Shown piece by piece: positions 12,716 through 28,265 of a stretch of DNA of 64,000 nt. Under the pieces are notes generated by a model, which worked only from the letters and a program-made list of their open reading frames with translations, did no database searches and had not been told where the DNA came from. The DNA comes from Eledone cirrhosa (lineage: Eukaryota). The position numbers and the translations under genes were made by a program. The stretch lies in contig OZ024740.1 in NCBI GenBank assembly GCA_964016885.1, forward strand, positions 283,216,001 to 283,280,000, in the 5' to 3' direction. The stretch's first letter is position 1. Each line of letters begins with the position of its first letter.

Positions 12716-13352
12716 ACATTATGAAGAGAGAAGAAACATTAGATATACTTAGTAATAAGATGTATCATACCCAAGCTGCTTCTAAATTCCTCGACTACGT
12801 AGTTTCGTGGCATAATCAAAAACAATACATCACAGAGATATAGAGTTTTTGTGAGGTCTGCCGACTTATCAAGAGGATACCTCATTAAGGGTTTCAAAAA
12901 CACGTCTGTAAGATGCGAGATAGAATCCCAAAAGGCGGAGGGCGAGTCAATCACGTGATACAGCGGTCAAGAAACAGAGCTAAGCCTCTTATAACCCTGA
13001 AAAAAATACCACGGTGGCGGAGGGGGTATTTATATCGAGGCCGTAGTAGAGGTGGTTAAGGAGGCAAGAAGTATGAGTAATGGTAGCTTTCCAGCAGTCA
13101 CTACACTTCAAGGGTTACTCGACCAAAGGGAGTGATAAACAATATATAGAGAAATACACAGATACATGCGGACACACACATATACATGAATATATCCACA
13201 TCTATCCTTGAGTTAATGGTGCCAACCTTAACCGATGTTGCTCTATGAATAACTGGGAAAAACCAATCCGATACTGAACCAGTATCAGAGCTATAAATTA
13301 CATTAAGAAGAGAGAAGAAACATTAGATATAATTAGTAATAAGATGTATCAT
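12713..13352 (-). mobile_element. Non-coding ~584-nt monomer with ~55-nt terminal direct repeats, in (TA)n
   Basis: acatta.gaagagagaagaaacattagatata.ttagtaataagatgtatcata at ~12716-12769 and ~13300-13352; only a degenerate hammerhead-like motif at ~12795-12838. Strand is inferred. Confidence 0.6.
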
Positions 13353-13571
13353 ATATATGTACATATATATATATATATAATATAAGATCAAAAGATGGTT
13401 AAAGGAGTTCCATGTATTTTATTATGCGCATTTCAAAAACAAACATCATCATGCAATAATATTGCAATAATTATGCAATAATTATGTATACTCCAGTCCT
13501 ACAAACTGTAGAGTGCTTCTTATCCGATATCTGCATTGCTTTATTGTACTACAATAAAACTCACCTCCTAC

Positions 13572-16233
<2,662 letters not shown>

Positions 16234-16718
16234 ATATATATATGTAGATAAATCTACCAAAATATACGGTAGTGTCCAATCCGTGAAGAACTCAATGTAA
16301 TCCAAATATCATGAAAAGAGAAGATGTATTCAAAATTTCTTTCGATGAAAAACACAGGAAAACAGTCAAGATAAATTAATAAAAATAATGAATAAAAACA
16401 AAGAAACAGTTCCTTATATTAAAAAATTCATCATTTTACGATCGTTTCTAGGATATATATGTGTGTGTTGGTATGTATATCATATAGATCTATGTAAAAA
16501 AATTTACAAACTATCAGAGGGAATATACATACCTACACATATATATGCTGTCTTCAGAAATAATATTTCTGAAGACAGCATATATATGTGTAGGTATCTT
16601 TCATATGATTCCAGTTCCTCAGTGAAATAACAACCCAACCAGGAACTGGACATATCAGAGTATTGACAAAGTTATACACCTCAACAACATGTGTACCGTC
16701 TCTACCACACTAATTCGG

Positions 16719-16773
16719 ACTGTCTGAAGAGGTGACAGCCAAAGATGGCTGTCACCGAAATATATATAGCAGT
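16719..16773 (+). ncRNA. Type I hammerhead ribozyme
   Basis: actgt-CTGAAGA-ggtgacagcc(aaagat)ggctgtcacc-GAAA-tatata-ta-gcagt; perfect 10-bp stem II. Confidence 0.85.
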
Positions 16774-19217
16774 AATAAACGAAGCCAAATTTTAAACATT
16801 TGACTGATTTATTTTATTATATATATATATATACAATATATGTATATGTCCGTGAGTTTGTTTAAGTTTACCGTACTGCTTCGACAAGAAGTGATCGATG
16901 AAATATCTACCAGACTTGAAAAAATAAGTACTAGGATACATAAACTCGAATAAATCCTTTTCAAGTGGTTGTGGAACATAGCCAAAGTTGAATGACTGAA
17001 ATGCGTAAAAGAATTATTAAAAAATATTCTTTCAAAGAAACATATAATAACTGTCCCATAGTCAGTAAATGTTATAGTGTAAAATTATTTTACTAAATAT
17101 TGGGTCGGTATATATTCATCTATTATGATACGATGGCCATTTTCACTTTATGGCATATAAAATGCTTGACTTGTTGCCGTTTCTCTATTTATTCCTTCTG
17201 CAATAAATATATTCCTACATTCAATATCACACATTGACAACGATTGGGAGTAATATGGACACATGCTAGAGACATTATTACAGTTGTATAGATGTATTGT
17301 ACTGATCGATACACATATCCCCCCACTGTCTCCTTTTTATTTTCGCTTCTGCTACGTACGTTACGTAAACTGTTATTTTGATAAATGTTTCTGCTTTCGG
17401 CTCTGATAGTGATGTCGGGCCAATTGAGCTCATGTTTGATTTCCATTTATATATTATGGATTGATGTCGGTTACCACATCGCCTTTCATCCTGCGATGTT
17501 CGATAAAATAAGTACCATTATCATAATGGCGTTACATCATTCGACAATAACTCAAACTCATAAAAACTGATGGTTTTCTGCTAAAGAAATAAATCATATT
17601 TGGTTTTTATGTATATTTTTGTGGTTTCAAGGAAGATTACACACTAAACTGTGATCTTAAATTCCAGTTCATATGGCATTTATTGATACTCGAGGCTGAA
17701 ACTTTGTCCGTGTCTATATTTATAATTCAGTCTATGTATAGAATGCAGTAATACACGAAGACAATGTTTGCCAGTTCACCGAAAACTTTATGTAGATGTT
17801 TTTAGTGAAACTTTAAGCTATTATGTAATTTTGACCGCGGTTTTTATCTTCAGGGGAAGGAGACTCTGAATGACTGTCGTTCTATCCGTTAAAATGACAG
17901 TTACGTATCCTGAAAAGCTCACTTAACCGCGTTAAATATAAATTTACGTTGCTTAACATCATCCTAGATACATGACAAAAAGACGAGACGGAATATTTCT
18001 TGACCGTAGGTTTTCTATATTAACAATTTCAGTGACGACTCCTTGGGATTTATAACACCCACGTTCTTTCCAACGACATTAACATTGTAACAAAAGTGTT
18101 GTTTCTTTTCATTTTCTGAGAGTTTAACTCCCACTCTAAAACGTTCGTTGTAGTAAGAAATCATTTTAATCTTGATAAAGAAAATTGAATGTATATTCAA
18201 AGTTTTTCATAAGTGTTTTGTTTTGTTGATGGGAGGTTACACATTTTTTAAAAATGAAACTCAACTAGAACCGTCTCCTGGATTGTGTTAATAAAACATT
18301 TCTTACTCACCCAGCATTCTCAGATCAGTTTAATATTCCCAATTGGCTTTTTAAATAATTGGTAAAAAATATATTGCCTTCCTATGCTTATACTTTTTAG
18401 AGGAACTAAGAAACCCAGGAAAGGACGAGCACTGCTACGAGTATATAATGTATAACTATAAATCTATTATTAGAGAAACAATAGCATCGGACTAAGTGAC
18501 TCAAAATGTTTAGTTGTATCTCCCCCTAGTCTGAGACAGATTTTATTTAATTACGTGCGATAATGAAAGGAATAGCTGTAATATATATTGTGACTGATTC
18601 TATTAGATATATCAGTTCTTTGTTATTTTGTAAACTTCTGTAAAAGATAAAATTCAATATTTTCTTTCCGAATTATTACATTCTCATGGGAAAATAATTT
18701 CGACATATTTGAAGAAATATGAACTGATAATATTTTTGAAGGAAACAAGAATATACTACGAATTCACTTTACTCTGATATTAGTTTATATGTGATTTCCA
18801 ATATCGCCCATATAGACAGGAGGTATATGTTTGTGTGTATGTATGTGAATGTACGTATACGTATTTATCCATATATGTGTATATGTATGCATATATGTAT
18901 ATATTGTTATATATATATCTATGTATATATATATATGTATGTACACAATACTTCATTAGTATATCAACTCGACAGAATAATTCCGTAATGCGGAATTATT
19001 TCTCTAAAGCTAATTTATAAATAAAGTCTTAACAAATTGTATCTCGGGAAGTATAGAATACTTTCATTTGTATCTACAAGATACATTAAATATTGAACCA
19101 CCTCCTTTGTTTATACACATATACATACATATATATATTTGTGTGTATGTGTGTGTGTGTATATATGCTTGTATATACATGCATATCTATCTATCTGTCT
19201 ATTACTCCCTCTACATA

Positions 19218-19269
<52 letters not shown>

Positions 19270-19530
19270 GTAAGTGTATGTGTGTGTGGGGGGGGGGATC
19301 AATACAATAAACGGATCAATACAATATTTACTTATAATAAGATAATGTGAAAATATTTCGCTATACATTGCTAAAAATTAGGAGCTATTTTTAAAATACA
19401 ATATGTCCAAATGTTTTTAAAATTAGTATCTTTTCTGTAAAGTACAGCCTTATATTTCAAAAATAAGTCTTAGCTCACAAAATACAATACCTCTATATAG
19501 TTTTCAAATGTTTTTTAACTTTTATATAAT

Positions 19531-19704
19531 TAATTGATTCTACTTTTGGCACCAGGCCAGCAATTATACCAGTACATTACTGGTACTTTATTTTAGCGAC
19601 CCCGTAAGGATGAAAGGCAAAGTTAACCTCGGCGGGATTTGAACTCATATCATAAAGGGGGGTAACTCTATGCTTCAAAGCATGGCGTCCGACGCTCTAC
19701 CGAT
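19531..19704 (-). mobile_element. tRNA-derived SINE
   Basis: Matches the SINE family. Confidence 0.88.
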
Positions 19705-20249
19705 ATAATTAATGCATGTTTGAAGGGTTTACCTAATTATGTTATTTACACAGATTTTTACAGTCTCCAAGCAAAACTTTGTCAACATATCGTTTTAAAA
19801 TATAAACTGTAAGCCAGTGTTTGATATGTTAATATATGTTTTCAATTAAATTCTTACAAGTGAATTACAGCTGCATGTTTCAAAAGTAGGACAGTTCTTA
19901 AAATAAATTTTGCTTTTTGCTTTTCGTACTAAAATTCTACATTTCGAAGAATTTTGTTATATATGGATTGTGCAAACATTTCAACCTCGCAGAGGGAAAA
20001 GTTGACGGATACAAAGCAACGAATTGAATATAAGATGGTGCTGAGGTTTACTTCATCCAAATTTGTAGATTAAAATTGTTTGGGCTGTAGATACATAGAT
20101 TGGTATATTGAGAGTTAAATGTGATGAGAGATAAATATCTAGGTAGATATATATTTGTATGTATCTATATATGCAGCTAAGTAAGTACGTTTGTATGTAT
20201 GTATTTCTATATGTGTGTATGTATTTCTGGATGTATGAATGCATGCCTA

Positions 20250-20738
20250 GTGCTACTGGTAACATATAACCCAGTACAACCTGTCTCATGGTCGGGTCGC
20301 TGGCGACTAAACTGGTAACCCCACCAAGCTTGACTGGTGAGGAGGGATGAAACACAAGGCCCCGCAAAGGGCGGAGGAACTCAGCAGAGTCAACGGCCAT
20401 ACTTGTTCTTTTTTTTCTTTTTCCACCTGGGAGTGAAAAGCCCCCAGTTGTTGTCACAACACCTTTCTGGGAGACGGAAACTCTGAAAAAAACCTGCGGC
20501 TTCGGAAGCATCCGATGATGTTGATCAGTTCTCCTTTTCGGATAGTGTTTTCGATGCTCAGAGAGTGGGATTGGTCGAGTGCAAGGCCTTTTCCCCACTT
20601 AAAAAACATTGAAAGCGCAGGCATTGCTTGTTCAGGATCTGTTATAGGTTCGTGTGGCTGGCCGGGGCCTAAAAGTACACCAAACTCTATAATCTGACAA
20701 GCGATTCCAATACTCTTAGCAGAGTTTGCAGCCATCAT
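20250..20738 (+). mobile_element. Non-coding interspersed repeat, probably derived from an RTE 5' region
   Basis: Shares ggaga.ggaaactc..aaacctgcggct..gatgttgatc..ctcagagagtgggattgg..gcagccatcat with 22400-22702; both end in ATGT repeats. Confidence 0.5.
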
Positions 20739-20754
20739 GTATGTATGTATGTAT

Positions 20755-22141
20755 GGTTTTATAATTTCACAAAGTTTTACCAATAGAGAGAGAGTCGGTT
20801 TCTAACATAGACACAAAACTCTCTCATTGGAATTTACACAATATCAACTAGGTAGATATGTATGTATGCATGCATGTGTAGATATGGATGTTATTGTATG
20901 TGTGGATGTGTATGTTTTGAGTTGTATGTGTGCATGTGTATATGCTTTGTATCTGTACATGTGTATATGCAGTTATTAGATGCAAAATGTTTGGAATGTT
21001 TTACATATTTTTACTGTTCCAATAATGGATTGTACTTGTAATTTCCTAACTAGTTGTGTTTCTGTGAAGCCCAGTTTATCAAGATTTGTATTGAAGCAGT
21101 TACTAACATATCCCAGTGCCCCAATAATTACAGGCATAAATCTGAAGGTGTAATCAGGGTGGAGTATCTGCAGATTTCTCATCAGTTCTGCATAAATACT
21201 CTACTTTTCACTAATCTTTGATATTATATTGGCATCTGCTCGGCAGTTAATTTCCACTTCTGTGCATGTTTTCTTCTCCCTGTCCCATATCATAATATCT
21301 GGTCTGTTATGGCTGCATTTTATTAGGGTTTTTACTGGAACATTCCACCAGTTCTCTTTCATATTATGTACATGGATGTCTCCCACATTGTTTTAGCTTT
21401 TAATGTGTTTATTATCGGGGCTATCTTTTTTACGAACTGCATTGTACAGTGTTTTGTTCACTACATCATGCCTCATAGGTAGATAGTACCACGATGACAT
21501 CTTTGGGCAGCTGCTGATGACATGGATGATATCCTCGATGTTAGTTCTGCAAAGTCTGCACTTGTTATCACATCTAGGTGTTTCGCCTGCATCCATATCT
21601 CTTTTGTGAATCAGGTATTTCGTGCTAATCTCCTGTTCTTGGATTGCAAAAGCGTATCCTTCAAAGAGGAAGCCAATATAGCGGTTGTTGGTCCAAGATA
21701 GACTACTTTCCTTATCTATATTACACTCACTCTGGAGCTTCCTGGCAACATATCCATGCATGATTTTTTGCTGATAGGCATGCAGTTTTTCATCCATGGA
21801 TTCACTGCGATACTGCTGAGCGACATTCCTGGGTGTAAGTTTTTGATTATCACACAGGGAATATCTCTCAAGGAGTTCTTGCCCAACTCTCTTGATCCTA
21901 TCTGTTTCATGCTGATAGACTTGCTCGAGAAGCGGACTCCTACGCTTCGAGGTTCGCAGATGTTGTCGGAGAGATATGATGCGACATTCAAATGTTGTCT
22001 GGACTGATGTTAGGCCTCTGCCCCTCTGCTTACGTTTCAAGTAAAGGCGGTCTATGTCACTATCGATGTGGAAGTTTCCGGTGTTGTTTAGTATTTTTCG
22101 AGTTCCAACATCAACTGCTCGGATTTCGTCTATCGTCCAAT
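20755..22141 (-). mobile_element. 5'-truncated R4/Dong-like non-LTR retrotransposon (C-terminal domain + restriction-like endonuclease), decayed
   Basis: DIDRLYLKR..GRGL, FAIQEQEI.T, CRLC..HVISSC, RHD, HNRPDIMIWD, VIIGALG across ORFs 21393-22141, 21201-21386, 20976-21182; (ATGT)n on both flanks. Confidence 0.85.
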
Positions 22142-22399
22142 TGTGTATGTATGTATGTATGTATGTATGTATGTATGTATGTATGTATGTATGTATGTAT
22201 GTATGTGTATGTATGGATATATGTGTAAATATGTATATACATATGTATTTATATGTATGTATATATATGTATACATGTATATGCATGTACGCATATATAT
22301 GTATATATGTATATATGTATATGCATGTGTGCATATGTGTGTATATGCGCGAGGACATAGAACTAATAATCGGGCTGGATACCCGATCGCGCGGTTAAA

Positions 22400-22702
22400 C
22401 CACTGGGAGTGAAGGACCCCTGGCCTTTGTCAGGGCATTCTTCTAGGAGAAGGCAACTCAGGAAATTGGGATAACTCCGATATAAAACCTGCGGCTCAGT
22501 AATTATCATGATGTTGATCTTTTCTTCTTTTCAGGTTATAGCTACTGTCACTCAGAGAGTGGGATTGGCTCAGTGCACAGTATTTCCTCACTTTAGAAAA
22601 TATCTTCTCGCACAGGCATTGCACGATAAAATTAATTAATAATTATTAATAATGGTATATCGTGCAATGGCCATATTCGATAACGAGGGGGCAGCCATCA
22701 TC
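22400..22702 (+). mobile_element. Diverged relative of the 20250-20738 repeat
   Basis: Shared sequence blocks and the same 3' end gcagccatcat. Confidence 0.5.
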
Positions 22703-23039
22703 ATGTATGCATGTATGTAAGTATGTGGCTTTTTGTGTGATAGTGTGTGTCTCTGCCTGTGAGTGTGGGTGTGCTTCATTCTGTGCGATGTTAATGACAA
22801 TTTAGCAGTGACTTTATTGAATTAAGTTCTGGAATCAATGCCAACTAAATGGTGTGTTTCAGTGCCAAGTGACGAAACAAACCCTTTTGTTTCCCATAGT
22901 TGCCTTGGTTCCTATAGGAAGGTCAGTGCAACAGTCGTACAAAGCACACAGTGGATATTGAGGTGACAAGAAAGAGACCAAAAATTAAATTCGATCAATT
23001 TGAAAAATTGAACTTTTGTCAATATACTCTGAGGAATAG

Positions 23040-23670
23040 AAAAATGAAACAAATGATAAAAGAATGCCCCACAGAATGGAAATAGATGTAAAGATATCAC
23101 ATCAATAGTAATCCGCATGAAACATCAGTGACTAATGAAAGTTAACGTTACTATTAAGGGAAAACCAATTGAACAGACATTAAAGATATTAATCATGGGA
23201 TACGTGTAATCAGTTAAATAAACCCCAAAAGTATTGAGCGAGATAAAAAATGATTTGAAACATGCTGAACATACTAAAAAACAAGAAACATCAACATCAA
23301 AAACAGAAAAAAATATTTAAATATTATGCATTACTCTACTACTTGGATCTGAAACATCACTATAATCTAATATATTTTAAGCCTATTAGATGTGGTCATA
23401 TGAAAGACTTTTGAGAATACCTTGGACAGAACACAAAACCAAAGAAATATTAGGAATTGCAATCAAAGAAATAAAGCTAAAATATTTTGGACAGTTTAAT
23501 AGAAAAGAATGGCTTACAGAGGCTATTAGTAGAAGATAAATTGTATGGCAACATAGGAAAAAGAAGACCAAGAATTACGTGGATTGATTTCAGGAACTGG
23601 ACAGGCTTAAAATAGAAACATGAAAACAGAACATGAAAGACCGAAAAGGTATTCAATCTGCTAAGAATGT
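23040..23670 (+). pseudogene. Degenerate RTE-clade LINE 3' fragment
   Basis: Remnant translations R..RIPWTEHKT.E, KLKYFG, GKRRPRITWID. Confidence 0.55.
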
Positions 23671-24065
23671 ATGATTCCTTATGATGATTATTTTTCTTGG
23701 ACATTTTTCTTACATTTTCTTTCTCTATTTTCTTTCTTTCTTTCTGAGAACATGCCAGTGTACAGTTTTCGATTGTTAATTTTTAATCTGAATCTTTTGT
23801 TATATGAAATATTCAGTGATATAAAGTGTGATAAGAGATCAGATGGCATGTTAACACAAGCAGCAAATATATGATCTTCAATATTTTAGTGAATGAGATG
23901 TTGATGAATTTAACTCCTAACAAAGTCTCTTTGATTCAATATTTACTTAAGCTAATTACAAGCATAGCATTTGCTAAACTAGACTAAACTGCAAGCAGAT
24001 ATATTCAAATATGGGTTTGACCTTACAGCGGATAAATAGTTGTTAATAGATAGATAGATAGATAG

Positions 24066-24582
24066 ATTTCTTTATTTGCCACAAGGGCGCACAAGAAAAG
24101 AGGACAATACAAAGACATGCCGGGGATTTTACACACAGTCGTGTAAAAAATATGAAAACAAACAATTACAACAATCGAAATCCCCAATAGGGGGGATGCG
24201 CCACAAATGGGTTGTTTAATACCCCGTCGATAGAACAACCCTCAACTCCAGGAGCGTGTTGTGCAAGTCCTCCTTTCTTCCTTTTGATCTCTTTTTTAAC
24301 CTACAGGCTTATAAACAGAGAAGGCCCAATCACTTGGGCCATTTTTGCTTCATTCACCCACCTTTTAGTAAATTTACTGGGGTGCAGTGCCTCTCTCTCC
24401 ACTCTGATTCCCCTTCTAAAGTGATACTTAAAGAAGGGAATCAATTGTTGTCCGGAGAGAAAGGCATCTGTCCTCAGTCCTCTCAATCTCGTCCACCATA
24501 TAACTTCTTTCACCATAGCCATTGTACAGAGGAAAACCGCCTCTCTTTCGTTTTTGAAAGAGGCTGGCGGTTTGTTCCTTAC
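24066..24582 (-). mobile_element. 5'-truncated Tx1-like LINE inserted in (GATA)n
   Basis: ORF 24301-24522 matches the ORF2 C-terminus (VIWWTRLRGL..IRVERE..GPSL); 3' end ttgtggcaaataaagaaatc; GATA runs on both sides. Confidence 0.92.
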
Positions 24583-24611
24583 TAGATAGATATATAGATA
24601 GATAGATAGAC

Positions 24612-24696
<85 letters not shown>

Positions 24697-24744
24697 TTAT
24701 AAATTGATTTGTTCGAGCCAGTGCCCTCAGCTTGGTTGTTGCAG

Positions 24745-24791
24745 CCATGACGTTTCGACGTTTTTTTTATTCTACGCTCTTCTTCAGATGC
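24745..24791 (-). ncRNA. Minimal hammerhead-like motif
   Basis: Minus strand: gcat-CTGAAGA-agagcgt..acgtc-GAAA-cgtc-atgg; stem II is imperfect. Confidence 0.55.
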
Positions 24792-24968
24792 ATATATATT
24801 GCTGCTGCACATGGTCAAAAAGTAAACAGCCACGAATAAACGATTTGGATAGATCCATGCTGCTTCTACTTTGACGACGTAACAGAAAATGAAAAATGCA
24901 CATAATGCATACCTACATCACTTTTTATATATGTGCGCATACGTCGACGCTAAAGTTTCTAAAAAAAA

Positions 24969-25215
24969 ACTACCACAATACAGTTTACCCCCGGCATTCG
25001 CGGAATTTTCCTTAGAACCTAACAAATAATTGTTTCTACGTTTGGCACAAGACCAGCAATTACTACAGTGTATTACTGCTACTTTATTTTTAATACAATG
25101 GAGTAATTGCTGGCCTTGTTCCAAACGTAGAAACAATTATTAGTTAGGTTCTAAGGAAAATTCCGCGAATGCCGGGAGTAAACTGTATTGTGGTAGAACC
25201 TAACTAATAATTGTT
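24969..25215. repeat. Local inverted duplication including a SINE 3' end and its flank
   Basis: 24969-~25065 is inverted at ~25102-25196; agaacctaac.aataattgtt occurs again at 25195. Confidence 0.8.
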
Positions 25216-26692
25216 GGTAGAAATCACCGCATATTCGCGGAATCGTAAATGTCTTCAGCGATTTTCTAATGGATTTTCTCGTGGCAATATATATTTTTTC
25301 ATGCATTTTGACGCTAAATGTTAACTATAATAAAGAAAGGAGTGCGGGACTGCGTCCAGAATATATTTTTTTTATCCCGTTTGTAAAATAAGTTGGGTTA
25401 CTTTGAATAAATAATGAATGAATATTACATAATTTATGTAATAAATTTTGTGGCTGTTGATTAAATATATTTTATTGCTAATTAAAAGATTCACTTTTTT
25501 AAAATTTTCAAATGTCCAAACTTCCGGTTAGCGATCGCTTGAATAAACATTCATATATTTCCGTCACTAATTTTTTCGTAATGCAGTTTATATATAATAT
25601 CGCCTTTTTTTAATGTATCATGGATTACGTTACTGATTACAGAAGACATTGTAACACTGTCTCCGTTCAATTTCTGTGTATATTGTCAATTACGATTTTA
25701 TTTGATGTATCATATCTACATGTATATATACTTGCGTATAATATCAACATACACACAACACAAGCTAGCAGAAAACCACCCGAAGGGTGTTTTTTCTGCT
25801 AGTTATTAATAACAATATACCGTATTTGCCGGCCTATATTTTACGTTATGTTTTGACATTTATAGGCATTCTTATGGACCACATCCAATATTCGCGGTAT
25901 TTCACTCTTCACAGGGGGTTTTGGAACGTAATCCCCGCGAATACCGGGGAACAACTGTACTTCCATTTGAAAAATGCCAGGAGCTTTCTCTCCTACCCAA
26001 TACATTGGCTGACCGAAATATTAGACTCCTCACACTAATCTGTATATCTGGTTGACGCATTGCGTAGGTGTTGATTGAACACTAATTTTAACACTGTTAC
26101 TGTTCCGTAGTACAATTAGGTGATGCAAATTAAGAGCATTAAACTAACGAAAAGTTCATTAAACATAAACAGTGAAATTTGATGCAATAACATTGTCAAT
26201 AAATGTGTGAATTAAGTGTTACGTGTCAACTTATTTTCTCATTAGATAAACTAAAATTTGAATCAATGGAAACACAATAAAATACAAACCAATAAAGGGT
26301 GAAGACGCTAGTCTTAATACATCATAGCATAATAATGAAAATTACTAATCTTAGTGGTTCAGACAAAATACTAGATATTTATTGGGGAGACGATAATAAC
26401 ACTAATAACTCCCATCTATCAAAAACATTATAAAGACTTACAAAATGTCTTTTAGAAAGAAATCATGTAAGTTTAGTCTATCTAATAAATTGATAACGTA
26501 AAGAAGTGACAAAAGTACAAACCCAATTATTTTTTTAACGAAAGAAACAAACTGTATTGTTATAATAATGTATTATTTAATCGACAAACATGCATATGAA
26601 TAACATGATGATGAATTATATACACACCACCAAATATATGCGTGTGTGTGTGTTATGTGTTAATGTATCTCCTCTCTTCTCTCTCTCACTCT

Positions 26693-26725
<33 letters not shown>

Positions 26726-26728
<3 letters not shown>

Positions 26729-27366
26729 TTAAGTCGTTTAGAAGCCTCGACAATGCAAATGGGTAAATCTCCGCGTAACAAGATCCGGTGGTGGAGAGAG
26801 AGATGTAAGTGGGTGTACGTTGAGATGCGTGGTGTGTATAAGACGTGTAGAGGAATGAAGGAAAGAGCGTAAGGGATAAAAATAAAAATAACAACACGAG
26901 AGAGAGTTACCTTGGGAGAGATTTAATTGTCCCTAGATATTTCGGATTCACATCCATCAACTGGGGTTTTTTTCCGTGGTGGGGAAAAGGTTGTCTGTCG
27001 GAAAGGTGCAAAACGTGTCCCCCGCTGTTCGTTGTTTTGAATATCTGGACAACCTTTCCCCCACCCCGGAAAAAAACCCCAGTTGATGGATGTGAATCCC
27101 AAATGTATAGGGACAATTAAATCTCTCCCAAGGTAACTCTCTCTCGTGTTGTTATTTTTATTTTTATCCTTTACGCTCTTTCCTTCATTCCTCTACACGT
27201 CTTATACACGCCACGCATCTCAACGTACGCCCACTTACATCTCTCTCTCCACCACCGGATCTTGTTACTCAGAGATTTACCCATTTGCATTGTCGAGGTT
27301 TCTAAATGACTTAAAGAAATTTACCTTATTATTCCACAATGCTTCAAGCAAACTTCAATACTCTCA

Positions 27367-27370
<4 letters not shown>
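26726..27370 (+). mobile_element. Fold-back element: 270-bp inverted arms plus 3' tail, in (TA)n
   Basis: 26726-26995 vs 27048-27317; unpaired tail 27318-27370; degenerate hammerhead-like ttgatg-gatgtgaatcc-gaaa near the turn. Confidence 0.8.
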
Positions 27371-27427
<57 letters not shown>

Positions 27428-27438
27428 ATGTATGTATA

Positions 27439-27497
<59 letters not shown>

Positions 27498-27498
27498 G

Positions 27499-27560
<62 letters not shown>

Positions 27561-27871
27561 GCATATATATACATATATATACAGAGATAGAAATAATTTT
27601 CAATAACAAGTATACTCAGCGGAGTTGTAATTAATGGTGGAGATTAACATTAACAAATACCAATTTGGTTTGTTCATAAATAATACATAATTATTCCTGA
27701 TTTCATCGTTAACATGACGAATCGTCTTGAATAATCATTTGTTTTAGCACCATTACATGACTTCTTTGAATTGTGAGAACGTTATCAATTATAAGTTACC
27801 TCCCCTCCCCAAATTTCCCTTTATTTATAATTGTTGTATCTCCATTGCGGTTTTGTTAGTCAGCTGCTCGG

Positions 27872-27957
<86 letters not shown>

Positions 27958-28265
27958 GAGCATAATAAGCTGTTGCTTCTAATTGGAAAAACAAATGAAG
28001 ACAGAACAAACGCATGACAATAGTTTGTCTACACAAAGATACAGACACATACATCTACAAACAAATATGTATGTATGTGCTGTAAAATGTTTTGTAGTGC
28101 GTTGTATGTATGTTGAGGACGGCTATGTAATGCTGCACTGTGAGTTGGTTTCAAGCCGTTTGGCTAGTAGAACTTCGTAGATGCTGGAGGACAGGGCAAA
28201 GACAATAATATGAAGATAATAACCCTTTTACTACAGCCACGTCCTGATGCGTACCACAAGAAATA

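Noticed and set aside
17189-18200. Host exons suggested by short minus-strand ORFs
   Set aside because: No recognisable domain or convincing splice sites; adjacent sequence is a decayed SINE core.
21393-22358. 321-aa protein as a real gene
   Set aside because: The N-terminal ~72 residues are microsatellite; the rest is a truncated retrotransposon frame.
26616-27634. Duplicated small protein gene (ORFs 26616-26897 and 27146-27634)
   Set aside because: Mirror-image ORFs arise from the 270-bp inverted repeat and run into (TA)n.
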